Assembly: GCA_041659805.1 (NCBI GenBank)
Contig: JBAZXP010000001.1
Span: 128,589 to 192,588, forward strand
DNA length: 64,000 bases
Direction of reading: 5' to 3'
DNA from: Microgenomates group bacterium
GTDB lineage: Bacteria; Patescibacteriota; Microgenomatia; Daviesbacterales; UBA10151
The notes under the pieces were generated by a model. That model saw only the letters and a list, made by a program, of their open reading frames with translations, had not been told where the DNA came from and ran no database searches. Positions 19,882 to 30,517 of this stretch are shown piece after piece (position 1 is the stretch's first letter; each line of letters starts with the position of its first letter). The translations under genes and the position numbers were made by a program.

Positions 19882-20742
19882 TTATTTTTGGCAGGAAGGG
19901 CAGAAGTATGTTCCACGACCAATCTGTTGGATTTTTTGAACAGTCCCAGGACAACTATTACATTTTTTTCCTTCTTTTCCATAAACATTGGCATAATCTA
20001 GAAAATATCCTTTTTTACCATCAACATCTACAAAATGAGCTCTGGTTGAGCCTCCTTTTTCTATAGAAACTTTTAAGGATTTTTGGATTCCTTTAACCAG
20101 ATTTTTAAAATCATTATCAGATAATGTTGAAACTTTTCTTCTGGGATCAATTCGGGCACCAAATAAGCTTTCTGAGGAATAAATATTTCCTATTCCTGAA
20201 ACAACTGATTGATCCATTAAAGCAACCTTAATAGGTTGAGATTTATGATGTAAGAGATTAGATTTAAGAATTTGCCAGGTAAATTCTTTCTCCAAAGGTT
20301 CAGGGCCTAGTTTTCCCAACACATTTTCAATTTTTAATTTTGAATTATCAATTAGCTTCACCCACCCAAATTTTCTTTGATCATTAAAAAATAATTTAGA
20401 ACCACTCGAAAATTCAAAAATAACTCTGGTGGATTTATTGGGTAAATCACCTTTCATATCAGGAGTAGGATGACCACCAATTATTCTGTCTTTCTCAGTC
20501 TTATCCACATAAATTAATTGTCCTGTCATTTTCAGATGAAATAAAAGCGTTCCATTTGATTCCAGATCTACACCAAGCATTTTTGCTCTTCTCCAAATTT
20601 CCTCCACTTTCGCTCCTTCAGCTTTTTTTTCTTCCCCAATAAATGTTTTAGAATTTAAGACTTGGATCCTTGTAACTTTTAAGCCGACTATTTTTCTTTG
20701 AAGACCTAATTTAATTGTTTCTACTTCTGGAAGCTCTGGCAT
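19882..20742 (-). CDS. mutM: Formamidopyrimidine-DNA glycosylase (Fpg/MutM family)
   Basis: N-terminal MPELPEVE and C-terminal zinc finger CNSC…CPSC. Confidence 0.8.
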   Translation of the reverse strand: MPELPEVETIKLGLQRKIVGLKVTRIQVLNSKTFIGEEKKAEGAKVEEIWRRAKMLGVDLESNGTLLFHLKMTGQLIYVDKTEKDRIIGGHPTPDMKGDLPNKSTRVIFEFSSGSKLFFNDQRKFGWVKLIDNSKLKIENVLGKLGPEPLEKEFTWQILKSNLLHHKSQPIKVALMDQSVVSGIGNIYSSESLFGARIDPRRKVSTLSDNDFKNLVKGIQKSLKVSIEKGGSTRAHFVDVDGKKGYFLDYANVYGKEGKKCNSCPGTVQKIQQIGRGTYFCPSCQK

Positions 20743-20777
20743 AGAAGTATTTTACTATAAATTAATAATTGTTTTAT

Positions 20778-21002
20778 TTACTGTGGTATTAATTTTCTAA
20801 CAACACGTTGAACGTGCCGAACAAAAGGAGCCACAACTCTTTCTAATCTAATTGGTGCTGGAAAAATATCTTCTACAAGTCGGGTAAATTCAGATTCTGT
20901 AAGTGATCCTACATCTACAGATTTATGATTATTATAAGCAGCTCGAGCCTTCTGTACTTCTTCTAGTCTAACATCAGCTCTTTGAGCTATCTCCATACCC
21001 AT
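20778..21002 (-). CDS. Small hypothetical protein
   Basis: ORF only. Confidence 0.2.
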   Translation of the reverse strand: MGMEIAQRADVRLEEVQKARAAYNNHKSVDVGSLTESEFTRLVEDIFPAPIRLERVVAPFVRHVQRVVRKLIPQ

Positions 21003-21006
21003 TACT

Positions 21007-22179
21007 TTAAATATGGCAAAATATTTTTACCCAGTCAACCCTGTAGTTTTTTTCTATCAGTTGCGAAATTTTTTTCTTAAATTCTTCTTTAGAAAACTTT
21101 TCTGCCTGTGTAACACAATTCTCACTCTCATATTTTTCAGGTTTAAATTCCTTTAATACCTCCATTAAAGATTCTGTCGTAGCTTTTTCAAAGAATTCTC
21201 CTGTCGCTCGTCCTGAGCTTGTCGAAGGATTACCCTCCACTACAGTTTCTAAAAATCCTCCAGCTCTTAAAGCTATAACTGGTGTTCCAGCTGCCATACT
21301 CTCTACTGGCACAATGCCAAAATCTTCATCTTCTGACGCCACAATTGTAGCTTTTGCCCCTGCTAAAATTTCTGGGATATCTTCATCTTTAATAAGCCCT
21401 AAAAATTCCACATTTTTTCCAGCCAGTTTTTTAAGTCTTTCTAACTCTGGCCCAGATCCTACAACTTTTAAAGGTAAATCTAACTTAGTGCAAGCCTCCA
21501 CAATTATCTCTGTCCCCTTTCCTCTTACTAATCTACCCAGTGATAAATAATATTCTCTCTCTTTCTTAAATCTTAAATCTATATTCTTAAATCTCTTTAC
21601 ATCTATCGGTGGATAAATTACTTCTGAGTCTCTTCTATAAAACTTTTTGATTCTGGCTGCTATATTTTTGGAATTAGCAATTAGCACATCTGGCCTTTGG
21701 GCAATTTCAAAATCCATCAGTCTTAAGAAATGATTGGCTATTTCACCTGCAATTCTGGTCCACCAATGCTTTTTATAATTATAAGAAGTGGCATAACCAT
21801 AAAGGTATCTGGGAGGTGTATGAATATAATTAATATGTAGTGCTTCAGGTGAAGTGATCACAGTATTGGCAAAATAAGATGAAGAAGAAGAAATTACCAA
21901 ATCATATTCTGTTAAATCAAAACTCTCAAAAGCAGCAGGAGCCAAAACCCTTAAAGGAGAAATTAATTTGTTAGCAAAAGGCAAGTTTTGCATCCAAGAA
22001 GTTTTAATATTCCAATTCTTAATCCTTTGGGCATGGGGTCCTAACCCATTTAAATTTAAATAGCTAGTATAAATGGGAGCTTCAGGAAACATTTCATGCA
22101 ATGCTTCCAAAACTCTTTCTGCCCCACCATATTCCCTTAAATAATCATGCACAAGTGCAACTTTTAAATTTTTATCCAT
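21007..22179 (-). CDS. Glycosyltransferase family 4 (GT-B)
   Basis: EDFGIVPVESMAAGTPVIA motif. Confidence 0.75.
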   Translation of the reverse strand: MDKNLKVALVHDYLREYGGAERVLEALHEMFPEAPIYTSYLNLNGLGPHAQRIKNWNIKTSWMQNLPFANKLISPLRVLAPAAFESFDLTEYDLVISSSSSYFANTVITSPEALHINYIHTPPRYLYGYATSYNYKKHWWTRIAGEIANHFLRLMDFEIAQRPDVLIANSKNIAARIKKFYRRDSEVIYPPIDVKRFKNIDLRFKKEREYYLSLGRLVRGKGTEIIVEACTKLDLPLKVVGSGPELERLKKLAGKNVEFLGLIKDEDIPEILAGAKATIVASEDEDFGIVPVESMAAGTPVIALRAGGFLETVVEGNPSTSSGRATGEFFEKATTESLMEVLKEFKPEKYESENCVTQAEKFSKEEFKKKISQLIEKNYRVDWVKIFCHI

Positions 22180-22320
22180 AAAAATTTATCCTGAGCAAAG
22201 TCGAAGAACATTCGTTAATTTTACCAGAATTTGATTATAAAAGGTGTTATACCCTTTTAGGGTTCAAGCTACTTAACGAGAATTGTATTTTCGAGTTAAG
22301 TTAGCTTACAATAATTTTTA

Positions 22321-23262
22321 ATGGTTTATCTTAAAAAACTGATTTTTGCAATTCCATTTCTTTTAAGTATTGTTGTTTTTTATATCCAGGCAGAACCGAT
22401 CGTCAAAGATCCTACACTTTTATTTTCTTTTGATTTTAATCTTCTTCTTCAATTAATATATTTTGCTGTTTCTATTACTGCCACTTCATATTTTTTTATT
22501 ACTTTTGCCTCTCTTACCTCAGACTGGAAAATAGTTGCTCCTATTTCCTTTATAGGATCCTCTCTAGTTTTACTTTTTATTCAACCTCCAGAAGCTTATT
22601 ATTTGGGAATTGGACTATTTTTAACATTTTGTGCTATCTTTGCTCAACTTTTGAATAAATTAACTAAGGATCCCACCAGCTTTCATACTTCTGATCACAT
22701 CAACAAACCTGCAAAACAACTTGTTACTATCATTGTACTTATCACCTCTGTAATTGTTTATCTATCTGTTACTACCTCAAGTCAGCAAATGGTTTCAAAA
22801 ATGATTGATTCAGTGGTAAATCTTTCAACAGATTTTGTTAAAAATCAACAGCTAACTCCCCAATCTGAAGACAATACTCAAACCTCTCTTCCATCCCTTT
22901 CATCAGATCAAATTGCTTTATTAAAACAAAATCCTGATCTTCTTAAACAATACGGTTTGGATCCTTCCATTTTAAATCAACTTGATACGACAAATAAAAA
23001 AACTCCTGTAACTGCTCAAAGCATAGCTGCTGAAGCAGCAAAACCAATGATTACTCAACAGATAACAGATATGATCCAGCCTTGCTTACCTTTTATGCCC
23101 TTTATAATTGCTTTTATTTTCTATTTAAACTTTCAATTCTTTACCTCAATTACAACCCTTGTTCTCTCACCCCTAATTTACCTGCTTTTTTATATCCTAG
23201 AAAAAATAGGATTCATTAAATTTGAAATAACTACCAGACAAGTTAAAAAATTGGTAGTTTAA
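22321..23262 (+). CDS. Membrane protein with Gln/Thr-rich loop
   Basis: Multiple TM helices; no motif. Confidence 0.35.
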   Translation: MVYLKKLIFAIPFLLSIVVFYIQAEPIVKDPTLLFSFDFNLLLQLIYFAVSITATSYFFITFASLTSDWKIVAPISFIGSSLVLLFIQPPEAYYLGIGLFLTFCAIFAQLLNKLTKDPTSFHTSDHINKPAKQLVTIIVLITSVIVYLSVTTSSQQMVSKMIDSVVNLSTDFVKNQQLTPQSEDNTQTSLPSLSSDQIALLKQNPDLLKQYGLDPSILNQLDTTNKKTPVTAQSIAAEAAKPMITQQITDMIQPCLPFMPFIIAFIFYLNFQFFTSITTLVLSPLIYLLFYILEKIGFIKFEITTRQVKKLVV

Positions 23263-23271
23263 AGCAGTGTT

Positions 23272-23853
23272 TTACCCCATTGTCGCTATTTTTATTCTTT
23301 CAATAAATGAAGATGCTTTAGAAAATCTTTCATTATGAGCTTTCCACGCAGCTTTTTGTGAGTTTGGGTCTCCATTTTCCATGGCACATCGCAATACTGC
23401 CTCACAACCTTCTAACTGTTCTGGGATAAACTTATGTTTGAACCGATCTCTGACTTTTCCAATATGATCCAAATTTAACAGGGTAAAACATTGTTTAGAT
23501 TTTCCTCGCTTCATTTCTACTGTTACCCGGTATGAGGAATCAGGCCACACAGAATCAGCCCGACTTACAGGTATAAAACCCGCCATTAAGGTTGCTTTAA
23601 CACCTTCACCCACTATGGGAATGGGTAGAGTAAGAATTAATGCTTCGGTTAAAGGATGTTTCTTCGGCGCCAAACGATCCATGTTTAGAAGACGGCTATC
23701 AATACCAAATTTGTGAATTATGTCTGACACCAGATTATCAATTCGTCTTTCTTCTGGGGAGGGAAATTCAATAGGAACAGTTGATTGATTAATTGGCTGA
23801 ATGCTCGCTTGTTCATTTAAAAAGGCACATGCTTTATTTATATCCTCTGTCAT
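23272..23853 (-). CDS. Hypothetical protein
   Basis: ORF only. Confidence 0.3.
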   Translation of the reverse strand: MTEDINKACAFLNEQASIQPINQSTVPIEFPSPEERRIDNLVSDIIHKFGIDSRLLNMDRLAPKKHPLTEALILTLPIPIVGEGVKATLMAGFIPVSRADSVWPDSSYRVTVEMKRGKSKQCFTLLNLDHIGKVRDRFKHKFIPEQLEGCEAVLRCAMENGDPNSQKAAWKAHNERFSKASSFIERIKIATMG

Positions 23854-23876
23854 AGCGATAATTTAAACTATAGTTT

Positions 23877-26138
23877 TTATGCTGTCAATACTAGAGGCTG
23901 CATTTCACCCCAATTTGAACCTGTTTTTAAATCAACCACCACAGGCACAGATAATTTCAGTGCATTTTCCATTTTTTCTTTAACCATTAAAGCTATTTTT
24001 TTCACGCTAACATTATCACATTCGAACAAAAGCTCATCATGAATCTGTAAAATAAGTCGACAGCTTTCAGTATCGGCCTTCGGCCTGTCAGCTTTCAGAC
24101 TGTCTGACGACTGACGACTGACGACTGACAGCTCTTTATCTATCTCCACCATTGCCTTTTTGATCATATCTGCAGCTGTCCCCTGTACAGGGTGATTGAT
24201 GGCGGCTCTTTCGCCAAAAGATCTCATCATGTGGTTTTGGGCTTGAAGCTCTGGAAAGTACCTTTTTCTGCCACTTACGGTCTCCACATAGCCTTTATCT
24301 CTGGCTTCTTCCAGAGTTTTATTCATCCAAACCTTAATTTTAGGAAACTGTTCAAAATACTCATCAATATATGATTTGGCTGTTACATAATCAATTTTTA
24401 ATTGTTGAGCCAAGGCATGAGCACCCTGACCATAAAGTGTGGCAAAATTCATGGTTTTACCCACAGCTCTTTGTTCTTTTGTCACATTATCAATAGGAGC
24501 CTTAAATATTTTGGCAGCAGTAGCAGCATGGATATCTTCTCCGCTTTTAAAGGCAGCTATTAAGGCTGGATCTTCAGATAAATGAGCCATAATCCTAAGT
24601 TCAATCTGTGAGTAATCTGCAGCTAATAAAATTTTACCTTTGGGAGCAATAAAAGCTTTCCTGATTTCACCACCCTGCTGCCCTCTGACCGGAATGTTTT
24701 GTAAATTAGGATCAGATGAAGAAAGCCTACCAGTAGCAGCACCTTCAACATGAAAGGTCGAATGAATTCTGCAGTTCTCATCAGCATATTTTGGTAATGC
24801 ATCTACATAAGTTGAGACCAATTTATATAGAGTTCTATATTCTAATAGCAATGGAATTATAGGATTAACCTCATAAAGTTCTCTGAGAGTTCCTTCATCA
24901 GTTGAATACCCTGTTTTAGTCTTTTTACCAGCAGGTAGTTTTAATTCTTCAAAAAGCACTACTTGTAACTGCTTTGGACTGTTAATATTAATCTGATGTC
25001 CTACTTTTGAGTATATATCTTGTTCAAGATCAGTTAATTTGCTTTTTAAAAGCCTGCCAAACTTACTTAAAAAATCAAGATCTACCAAAACTCCAGCTGC
25101 TGACATTTTCTTTAAAACTTTATCTACTTGCGTGTCCAAATCTGTGGTTGCCTTATTCTGATTTTTTACACTATCGGTCTTGTCATTGTCATCCTGAGCG
25201 ATTAGCGAAGGATCTAATTTAGTTATACCCTTCACTTTGTTCAGGGTGACAGGTGGAACGTTCAGAATGACAGTTTCTATTCCTGGTATTCTCTTAATCA
25301 AACTTTTAAATCCCAACTCCTCAAAAACTCCTTTGGCAACTTCTTTATCAAACTGATGTATTTTACTCTGCTCTAAATCTAATTTTATAGGAACTTCAGT
25401 TTCTATGGTTGCCAGTTTCTTGCTCATAAAACCAGAATCTTTACCTGCTTCCAGTAATTTTTTGGTTCTTTCAGGTAATTTATCCAGGTTTTTGAAAATT
25501 TCTTCCAAAGTTGCATATTCCTGAATTAATTTTGTGGCTGTGACTTCCCCTATTCCTGGGACCCCTGGGATATTATCTGAACTGTCACCAGCCAAACTTT
25601 TGTAATCAATCATATTTATAGGTTTAAAGCCATATTTTATGGCAAACTCTTCTTCACCATATAACCCAACATCACTTAAAGTCTTTTTTGGCATTAAAAC
25701 TTTTACCTTGCTTGAAATTAGCTGCATTAAATCCCTGTCTCCGGTTAAAATTATTGTTTCTATATCCTTGCTTGATGCCTGTTTGGCTAAAGCCCCAATT
25801 AGATCGTCAGCTTCAAAGCCAGGTAAACCAAACTGAGGAATATCCATGGATTTTAAAACTCTATCCACAATATTGTATTGAGCAAGTAAAGCATCATCTG
25901 TTTTTACCCGGGTGGCTTTATATCCTTCAAATTGAACGTGTCTGAATGTGGGAGCTTTCTTATCCCAGGTTACAGCAACAAAGTCTGGTTTAAGATCACT
26001 AAGGGCCTTCAAAAGCATGGATGTTAAACCATATACAGCATTAACTAGTTCTCCTTGAGGAGAGGTTAAAGGAGGTGTGGCATGATAGGCACGATGCAAT
26101 AAAGCATTACCATCAACAAGTACAAACCTTTTTGTCAT
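23877..26138 (-). CDS. polA: DNA polymerase I (5'-3' exonuclease + polymerase domains; short or absent 3'-5' exo region), with a GC-rich in-frame insertion near the C-terminus
   Basis: N-terminal FEN motif LVDGNALLHRAYHA, polymerase motifs RAAINHPVQGTAAD and QIHDELLFE; 753 aa. Confidence 0.85.
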   Translation of the reverse strand: MTKRFVLVDGNALLHRAYHATPPLTSPQGELVNAVYGLTSMLLKALSDLKPDFVAVTWDKKAPTFRHVQFEGYKATRVKTDDALLAQYNIVDRVLKSMDIPQFGLPGFEADDLIGALAKQASSKDIETIILTGDRDLMQLISSKVKVLMPKKTLSDVGLYGEEEFAIKYGFKPINMIDYKSLAGDSSDNIPGVPGIGEVTATKLIQEYATLEEIFKNLDKLPERTKKLLEAGKDSGFMSKKLATIETEVPIKLDLEQSKIHQFDKEVAKGVFEELGFKSLIKRIPGIETVILNVPPVTLNKVKGITKLDPSLIAQDDNDKTDSVKNQNKATTDLDTQVDKVLKKMSAAGVLVDLDFLSKFGRLLKSKLTDLEQDIYSKVGHQININSPKQLQVVLFEELKLPAGKKTKTGYSTDEGTLRELYEVNPIIPLLLEYRTLYKLVSTYVDALPKYADENCRIHSTFHVEGAATGRLSSSDPNLQNIPVRGQQGGEIRKAFIAPKGKILLAADYSQIELRIMAHLSEDPALIAAFKSGEDIHAATAAKIFKAPIDNVTKEQRAVGKTMNFATLYGQGAHALAQQLKIDYVTAKSYIDEYFEQFPKIKVWMNKTLEEARDKGYVETVSGRKRYFPELQAQNHMMRSFGERAAINHPVQGTAADMIKKAMVEIDKELSVVSRQSSDSLKADRPKADTESCRLILQIHDELLFECDNVSVKKIALMVKEKMENALKLSVPVVVDLKTGSNWGEMQPLVLTA
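24057..24133. repeat. GC-rich in-frame insertion within polA: hairpin GGCCTTCGGCC plus tandem (CTGACGA)x3-CTGACAG
   Basis: Local GC jump; heptamer repeated three times then CTGACAG; inserted between the conserved QGTAAD and QIHDEL motifs. Confidence 0.55.
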
Positions 26139-26167
26139 GAGTGCATTTTAACAGAAAACATGGTCCC

Positions 26168-26473
26168 TTACATGTCTGAAGAAATTTTGAAGCCTATACT
26201 AATAAGTCCTAGCGTTGTAAGTGAGGTACCAACTATAAGACCCGGCCAGCCTAATTCATGATTAGATACAATACCCAGCCCTATAAAACTCACGGCAAGA
26301 CTGCCTAAGTAAAAATTAGAGGCAATTTCCCCTATTTTACGCACTAATCTAATGGGTCTTTTAGGAGATTGTAAATTAATCTCTGATTTTTTTCTTTCTT
26401 CTTTTAAAAAACTGTTAATTTCACCAAGCAATTCTTTTTGTGAAATTACTTTTTCAGTATCTCTGTCTTTCAT
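26168..26473 (-). CDS. Small membrane protein
   Basis: Two C-terminal TM helices. Confidence 0.3.
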   Translation of the reverse strand: MKDRDTEKVISQKELLGEINSFLKEERKKSEINLQSPKRPIRLVRKIGEIASNFYLGSLAVSFIGLGIVSNHELGWPGLIVGTSLTTLGLISIGFKISSDM

Positions 26474-26516
26474 AATGCATAATATACTATACTATGAGAC
26501 ATTTCTCAAGAGCAAA

Positions 26517-28307
26517 TTAACCCTTTAACTCACTTTGATGAACAATAGTGGCATAGTAACCATTTTTAGCCAAAAGTTGTTTATGGGTACCGCGTTCGAT
26601 TAATTTCCCTTTATCCATCACCAATATTTGATCAGCATGTTGAACTGTTGAAAGTCTATGAGCAATGACAATTTTAGTTAAAGCACGTTCTTTGGAAATA
26701 TCCCTTAAGGCTTCCTGAATTTGTGCCTCAGATACTGTATCTAAATGTGAAGTTGGCTCATCCATGACTAATATTTTAGGCTCAGCAAACAAGGCCCTGG
26801 CAATTGCCAGACGTTGTCTTTGTCCACCGGAAAGCTTAACTCCTCTTTCCCCTATTTCTGTTTGATATTTATCATCCAACTCATCAATAAATTCATCACA
26901 GTGGGATAATTTTGCTGCTCTTATTACTCTGTTCTTAACTGCAGCCCAGGTTTGTTTACCGGCAGAGTATGAAATAACTTCCCAAATTTTACGACTGGGA
27001 ACAGGTGAATCCTGAAACACCACTGCTGTTTCTCTTCTAAATATATCAAGATCAATTTCTTTTAGATCATACTTGCCATCAATAACAATCGAACCTTTGG
27101 TTGGATCATAATAACGGCTGATTAATTTGGCAATCGTGGATTTTCCAGAGCCTGATTTACCCACAAAAGCAGTAAATGAACCAGCTGGGATCGTAAAACT
27201 GACATTTTTCAAAACCCTTCTTTTGTTATATGCAAAAGTAAGGTGCTTAAAAGAAATCTGCCCCCTAATTTCTTTTGGCTTTATTGCATTTGGCTGATTT
27301 TTAACTGTTGCTTCCTTTTGCATTAAAATAGTCAACCTGTCCACAGGCTCAGAGGCGTCCACTATCCTTTCGTAAATTCTACCTAAACGATAAACATTGG
27401 AATAAGCCCTTTCAATCAGGTTGATCAAAAAGACTAAGCTTCCGACAGTTAATAATCCATTTTGAATCTGGAAAATACCCATAATAAGTAAGCCAAGATA
27501 AAATATTTCTATTAATACACTTCTTCCAAAACCCAGTACCATATGCGTTCTAAACTCCCGCGAAGACAAACTTCTGATTAAATCCCAGATTCCTTTAAAT
27601 GATTTTTCTTCCCTTTGCTCCTGAGCAAAAGCTTTGACCACGGTAATGTTTGACAAAATATCCCCTACCTCACCAGAGGAAGTCTCATATGCATCATGTC
27701 TTTTGCTTCGCAGTTTTTGAGTTGACTGATATGTTTTAAAAGTAATAAATACAAAAGGAACAATTGACACCACAAAAACCAGACCAGCTGTTATACTAAT
27801 AAAGAAAATAGTAATTGAAGTAAAAATTATTTGTAAAACAACAGGCATAAACTCCCAAGAAAATGATTCCAGAAGCTGGACTAGTTTTTCTTTGCCTTTA
27901 TTAACCAGATTAATTTTTGCACCTGTATTTTCCTTCTCATGGTAATCAATAGAAAGTTCCAGCATTTTAGAAAATGATGCAGTAGAAATAAACTTTTCAG
28001 TATTCCAAAGCATCACCACAATCAAAATATCAATAAAATAATCTAAAAACAGACCGATTATTCTGATCCCAACTAAACCACCAATCACATAAAATGCTGC
28101 TTCCCACGTTAATTTTCCCTCTGATTTGATCAGAAGGTCTAAAATTTTACCAAAAATATAAGGCACAGCGATTTTGATTAACTCAAAAACTGCAGTGAGT
28201 ACTCCTATTTGGTATATCGCCTTATGAAATGGAGCTAAAAGCTTCCATACTTTGGTTATGAAATTCATATTTTTTCTATTCTTTTTCATATTATCCTTTT
28301 TACCCAT
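26517..28307 (-). CDS. ABC transporter, fused permease/ATPase (MsbA-like exporter)
   Basis: Six TM helices + Walker A GKSGSGKST, signature LSGGQRQRLAIARAL, Walker B ILVMDE. Confidence 0.8.
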   Translation of the reverse strand: MGKKDNMKKNRKNMNFITKVWKLLAPFHKAIYQIGVLTAVFELIKIAVPYIFGKILDLLIKSEGKLTWEAAFYVIGGLVGIRIIGLFLDYFIDILIVVMLWNTEKFISTASFSKMLELSIDYHEKENTGAKINLVNKGKEKLVQLLESFSWEFMPVVLQIIFTSITIFFISITAGLVFVVSIVPFVFITFKTYQSTQKLRSKRHDAYETSSGEVGDILSNITVVKAFAQEQREEKSFKGIWDLIRSLSSREFRTHMVLGFGRSVLIEIFYLGLLIMGIFQIQNGLLTVGSLVFLINLIERAYSNVYRLGRIYERIVDASEPVDRLTILMQKEATVKNQPNAIKPKEIRGQISFKHLTFAYNKRRVLKNVSFTIPAGSFTAFVGKSGSGKSTIAKLISRYYDPTKGSIVIDGKYDLKEIDLDIFRRETAVVFQDSPVPSRKIWEVISYSAGKQTWAAVKNRVIRAAKLSHCDEFIDELDDKYQTEIGERGVKLSGGQRQRLAIARALFAEPKILVMDEPTSHLDTVSEAQIQEALRDISKERALTKIVIAHRLSTVQHADQILVMDKGKLIERGTHKQLLAKNGYYATIVHQSELKG

Positions 28308-28318
28308 TAAAAAACCAG

Positions 28319-28346
28319 CTTTTCAGCTGGTTTTTGTGTCTTTTTA
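28319..28346 (-). terminator. Rho-independent terminator downstream of ftsH
   Basis: CCAGCT-TTTC-AGCTGG hairpin followed by a T-run on the minus strand. Confidence 0.55.
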
Positions 28347-28533
28347 ATATTTGAGATTTGTTTTATATCTTAAATTTACCAAACACAAAAACCTCCCAAT
28401 TTCTTGGATTGCTTTGAACTGAAATTTTTAAATTGGGTACATGCTTTGTCATAGCTTTTATCCGCCACCCGACAGATTTATTCATTTTATGGCTAAAAGG
28501 AATTTTTGTCAACTAATAACTATAGGACTGAAA

Positions 28534-30333
28534 CTACGCAGAGATTTTTTTGCCTACAATTTTCTCAAATTCATCAGTATCAAGTGTTTCTTTTTCGAGT
28601 AATGCTGCTGCAACTTTATCTAACTTTGATTTTTCTTTTTTCAAAATGGCTTGGGCCACCTTATATGCGTCATCGATAAATTTCTTTATTTCAGAATCAA
28701 CCTTGGTCTGCATGGTTTCTGAAATCCCACTACCCTCTTCCGGCACTCCCTGCCACAAACCAAATACAGATCGGGGCTTAATATTAATCGGTCCTAAATC
28801 TGACATCCCATATTCTGTGACCATATCGCGGGCAATTCCTGTCGACATTTCCAAGTCTGATGAAGCACCGGTGGAAATATCCTTAAAAATTATTTCCTCA
28901 GCAGCCCTACCTCCTAAGGCTGTAGCAATTTGCTCCAAAAGCCTTGATTTCCTTTCATTAGACCGGTCTTCTGTCGGCGGGAACATGGTAAATCCCCCAG
29001 CCATACCCCGGGCAATGATAGAAATTCTGTGAACAGGATCAACCTGAGACAAATTGTGGCCAACTATGGCATGACCTGCTTCATGGTAGGCAGCCAATTT
29101 CCGATCATCTTCTGACTGCATTCTTTTCCTTTGTGGTCCCATTTTTACCTTGGTAGCTGCTTCTTCTAAATCTATAGTGTCGATTGATTTTTTAGCGTCA
29201 CGGGCAGCTAAAATTGCCGCTTCATTCAACATATTGGCTAAATCCGCGCCGCTAAATCCCACTGTTCTTCTGGCCAAACGCTCTATATCAACATCCGAGG
29301 TAAATGGTTTACCTTTCATATGGATTTCAATAATAGCTTTTCTACCTACTAAATCAGGCATATTTAAAACTACCCGGCGGTCAAATCTGCCGGGACGTAC
29401 AAGCGCCGGATCCAGCAAATCTGGTCTGTTTGTTGAGCCGATCACAATTACATGATCATTGGGGGTAAAACCATCCATTTCCACCAAGATTTGATTTAAA
29501 GTTTGTTCTCTTTCATCATGTCCGCCGGAAATTCCATATCCTCTGGCTCTTCCTATTGATTCAATTTCATCGATAAAAATAATGGCAGGAGACGCTTGTT
29601 TGGCTTGTGCAAACATATCACGAACTCTGGCTGCCCCAACTCCTACTAACATTTCCATAAATTCTGATCCCGCAATGGAGAAAAAAGGAACTCCTGCTTC
29701 TCCTGCCAGAGCTTTAGCCATTAAAGTTTTACCTGTTCCCGGAGGACCTACCAGCAAGACTCCTTTGGGAATTCTGGCTCCAATGTCCTTATATTTTTGC
29801 GGGCTTTTTAGAAAATCCACCACTTCTTCTAATTCTTTTTTGGCTTCATCTACTCCGGCTACATCAGTAAATTTCACCCGGGGGGCATCTTTGGAAAAAA
29901 CTTTAGCTCTACTCTGTCCAAAAGAAAAAATACCCTGACCGGAATCTTTTGCCTGACGGAAGATAAAGAAAAAGATAGCAATCATCACAATAATCGGTAA
30001 AAGTGATCCGATAATGCTCAGCCAGACCCCCTGCATAGAAGTATCCTTGATCTCGATAATGACTGATTTAGGATCAATGTCAGAGTTCTTTAAAACCTGA
30101 TAGATAGACTCACCTGGTTCTTTTCTGGAAATCACAACAGGATCAGAATTTTTAAATTTAACATCAATTTGATCATTTTCCAAAGTTAATTTTTCAACCT
30201 TTTGATCTTTAATATCAGAAATTATCTGGGACAAAGGCACTTCATTTGCTTTCTTGCCCCCTTCAACAAAAAAAGAGACCACAAGTAATGCAGAAAAACC
30301 GATCAGAGCATAAATAAGAATAATTCGGGTCAT
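28534..30333 (-). CDS. ftsH: ATP-dependent zinc metalloprotease FtsH (ORF continues to 30465; true start probably the internal Met MTRIILIY)
   Basis: AAA motif [11 protein letters not shown] region, zinc motif HEAGHA. Confidence 0.9.
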   Translation of the reverse strand: MTRIILIYALIGFSALLVVSFFVEGGKKANEVPLSQIISDIKDQKVEKLTLENDQIDVKFKNSDPVVISRKEPGESIYQVLKNSDIDPKSVIIEIKDTSMQGVWLSIIGSLLPIIVMIAIFFFIFRQAKDSGQGIFSFGQSRAKVFSKDAPRVKFTDVAGVDEAKKELEEVVDFLKSPQKYKDIGARIPKGVLLVGPPGTGKTLMAKALAGEAGVPFFSIAGSEFMEMLVGVGAARVRDMFAQAKQASPAIIFIDEIESIGRARGYGISGGHDEREQTLNQILVEMDGFTPNDHVIVIGSTNRPDLLDPALVRPGRFDRRVVLNMPDLVGRKAIIEIHMKGKPFTSDVDIERLARRTVGFSGADLANMLNEAAILAARDAKKSIDTIDLEEAATKVKMGPQRKRMQSEDDRKLAAYHEAGHAIVGHNLSQVDPVHRISIIARGMAGGFTMFPPTEDRSNERKSRLLEQIATALGGRAAEEIIFKDISTGASSDLEMSTGIARDMVTEYGMSDLGPINIKPRSVFGLWQGVPEEGSGISETMQTKVDSEIKKFIDDAYKVAQAILKKEKSKLDKVAAALLEKETLDTDEFEKIVGKKISA

Positions 30334-30517
30334 GGACCACAATTTATTATTTTTGAGATTTTTATTATTTTTCAAGAGCGGATGCTCTAGAATTTTCTTT
30401 TTGCTGTTAGCCACGGAGAGATTATACCATGGCAAGTATGATAAAGACAGTGAGCCTAGCATCAAATGATTGATTTTGACATCTTATAGTATATGCACTA
30501 CAATTAGATTTAGCTCT

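Noticed and set aside
28550-29938. Plus-strand ORFs (160, 101 and 118 aa) inside ftsH
   Set aside because: They are antisense to a highly conserved FtsH coding region with low-complexity Ser/Ala-rich translations. These are spurious shadow ORFs. The same reasoning applies to 10379-10564, 11953-12846, 15827-16340, 40208-41131, 55752-56330, 58121-58489 and 59293-59664.
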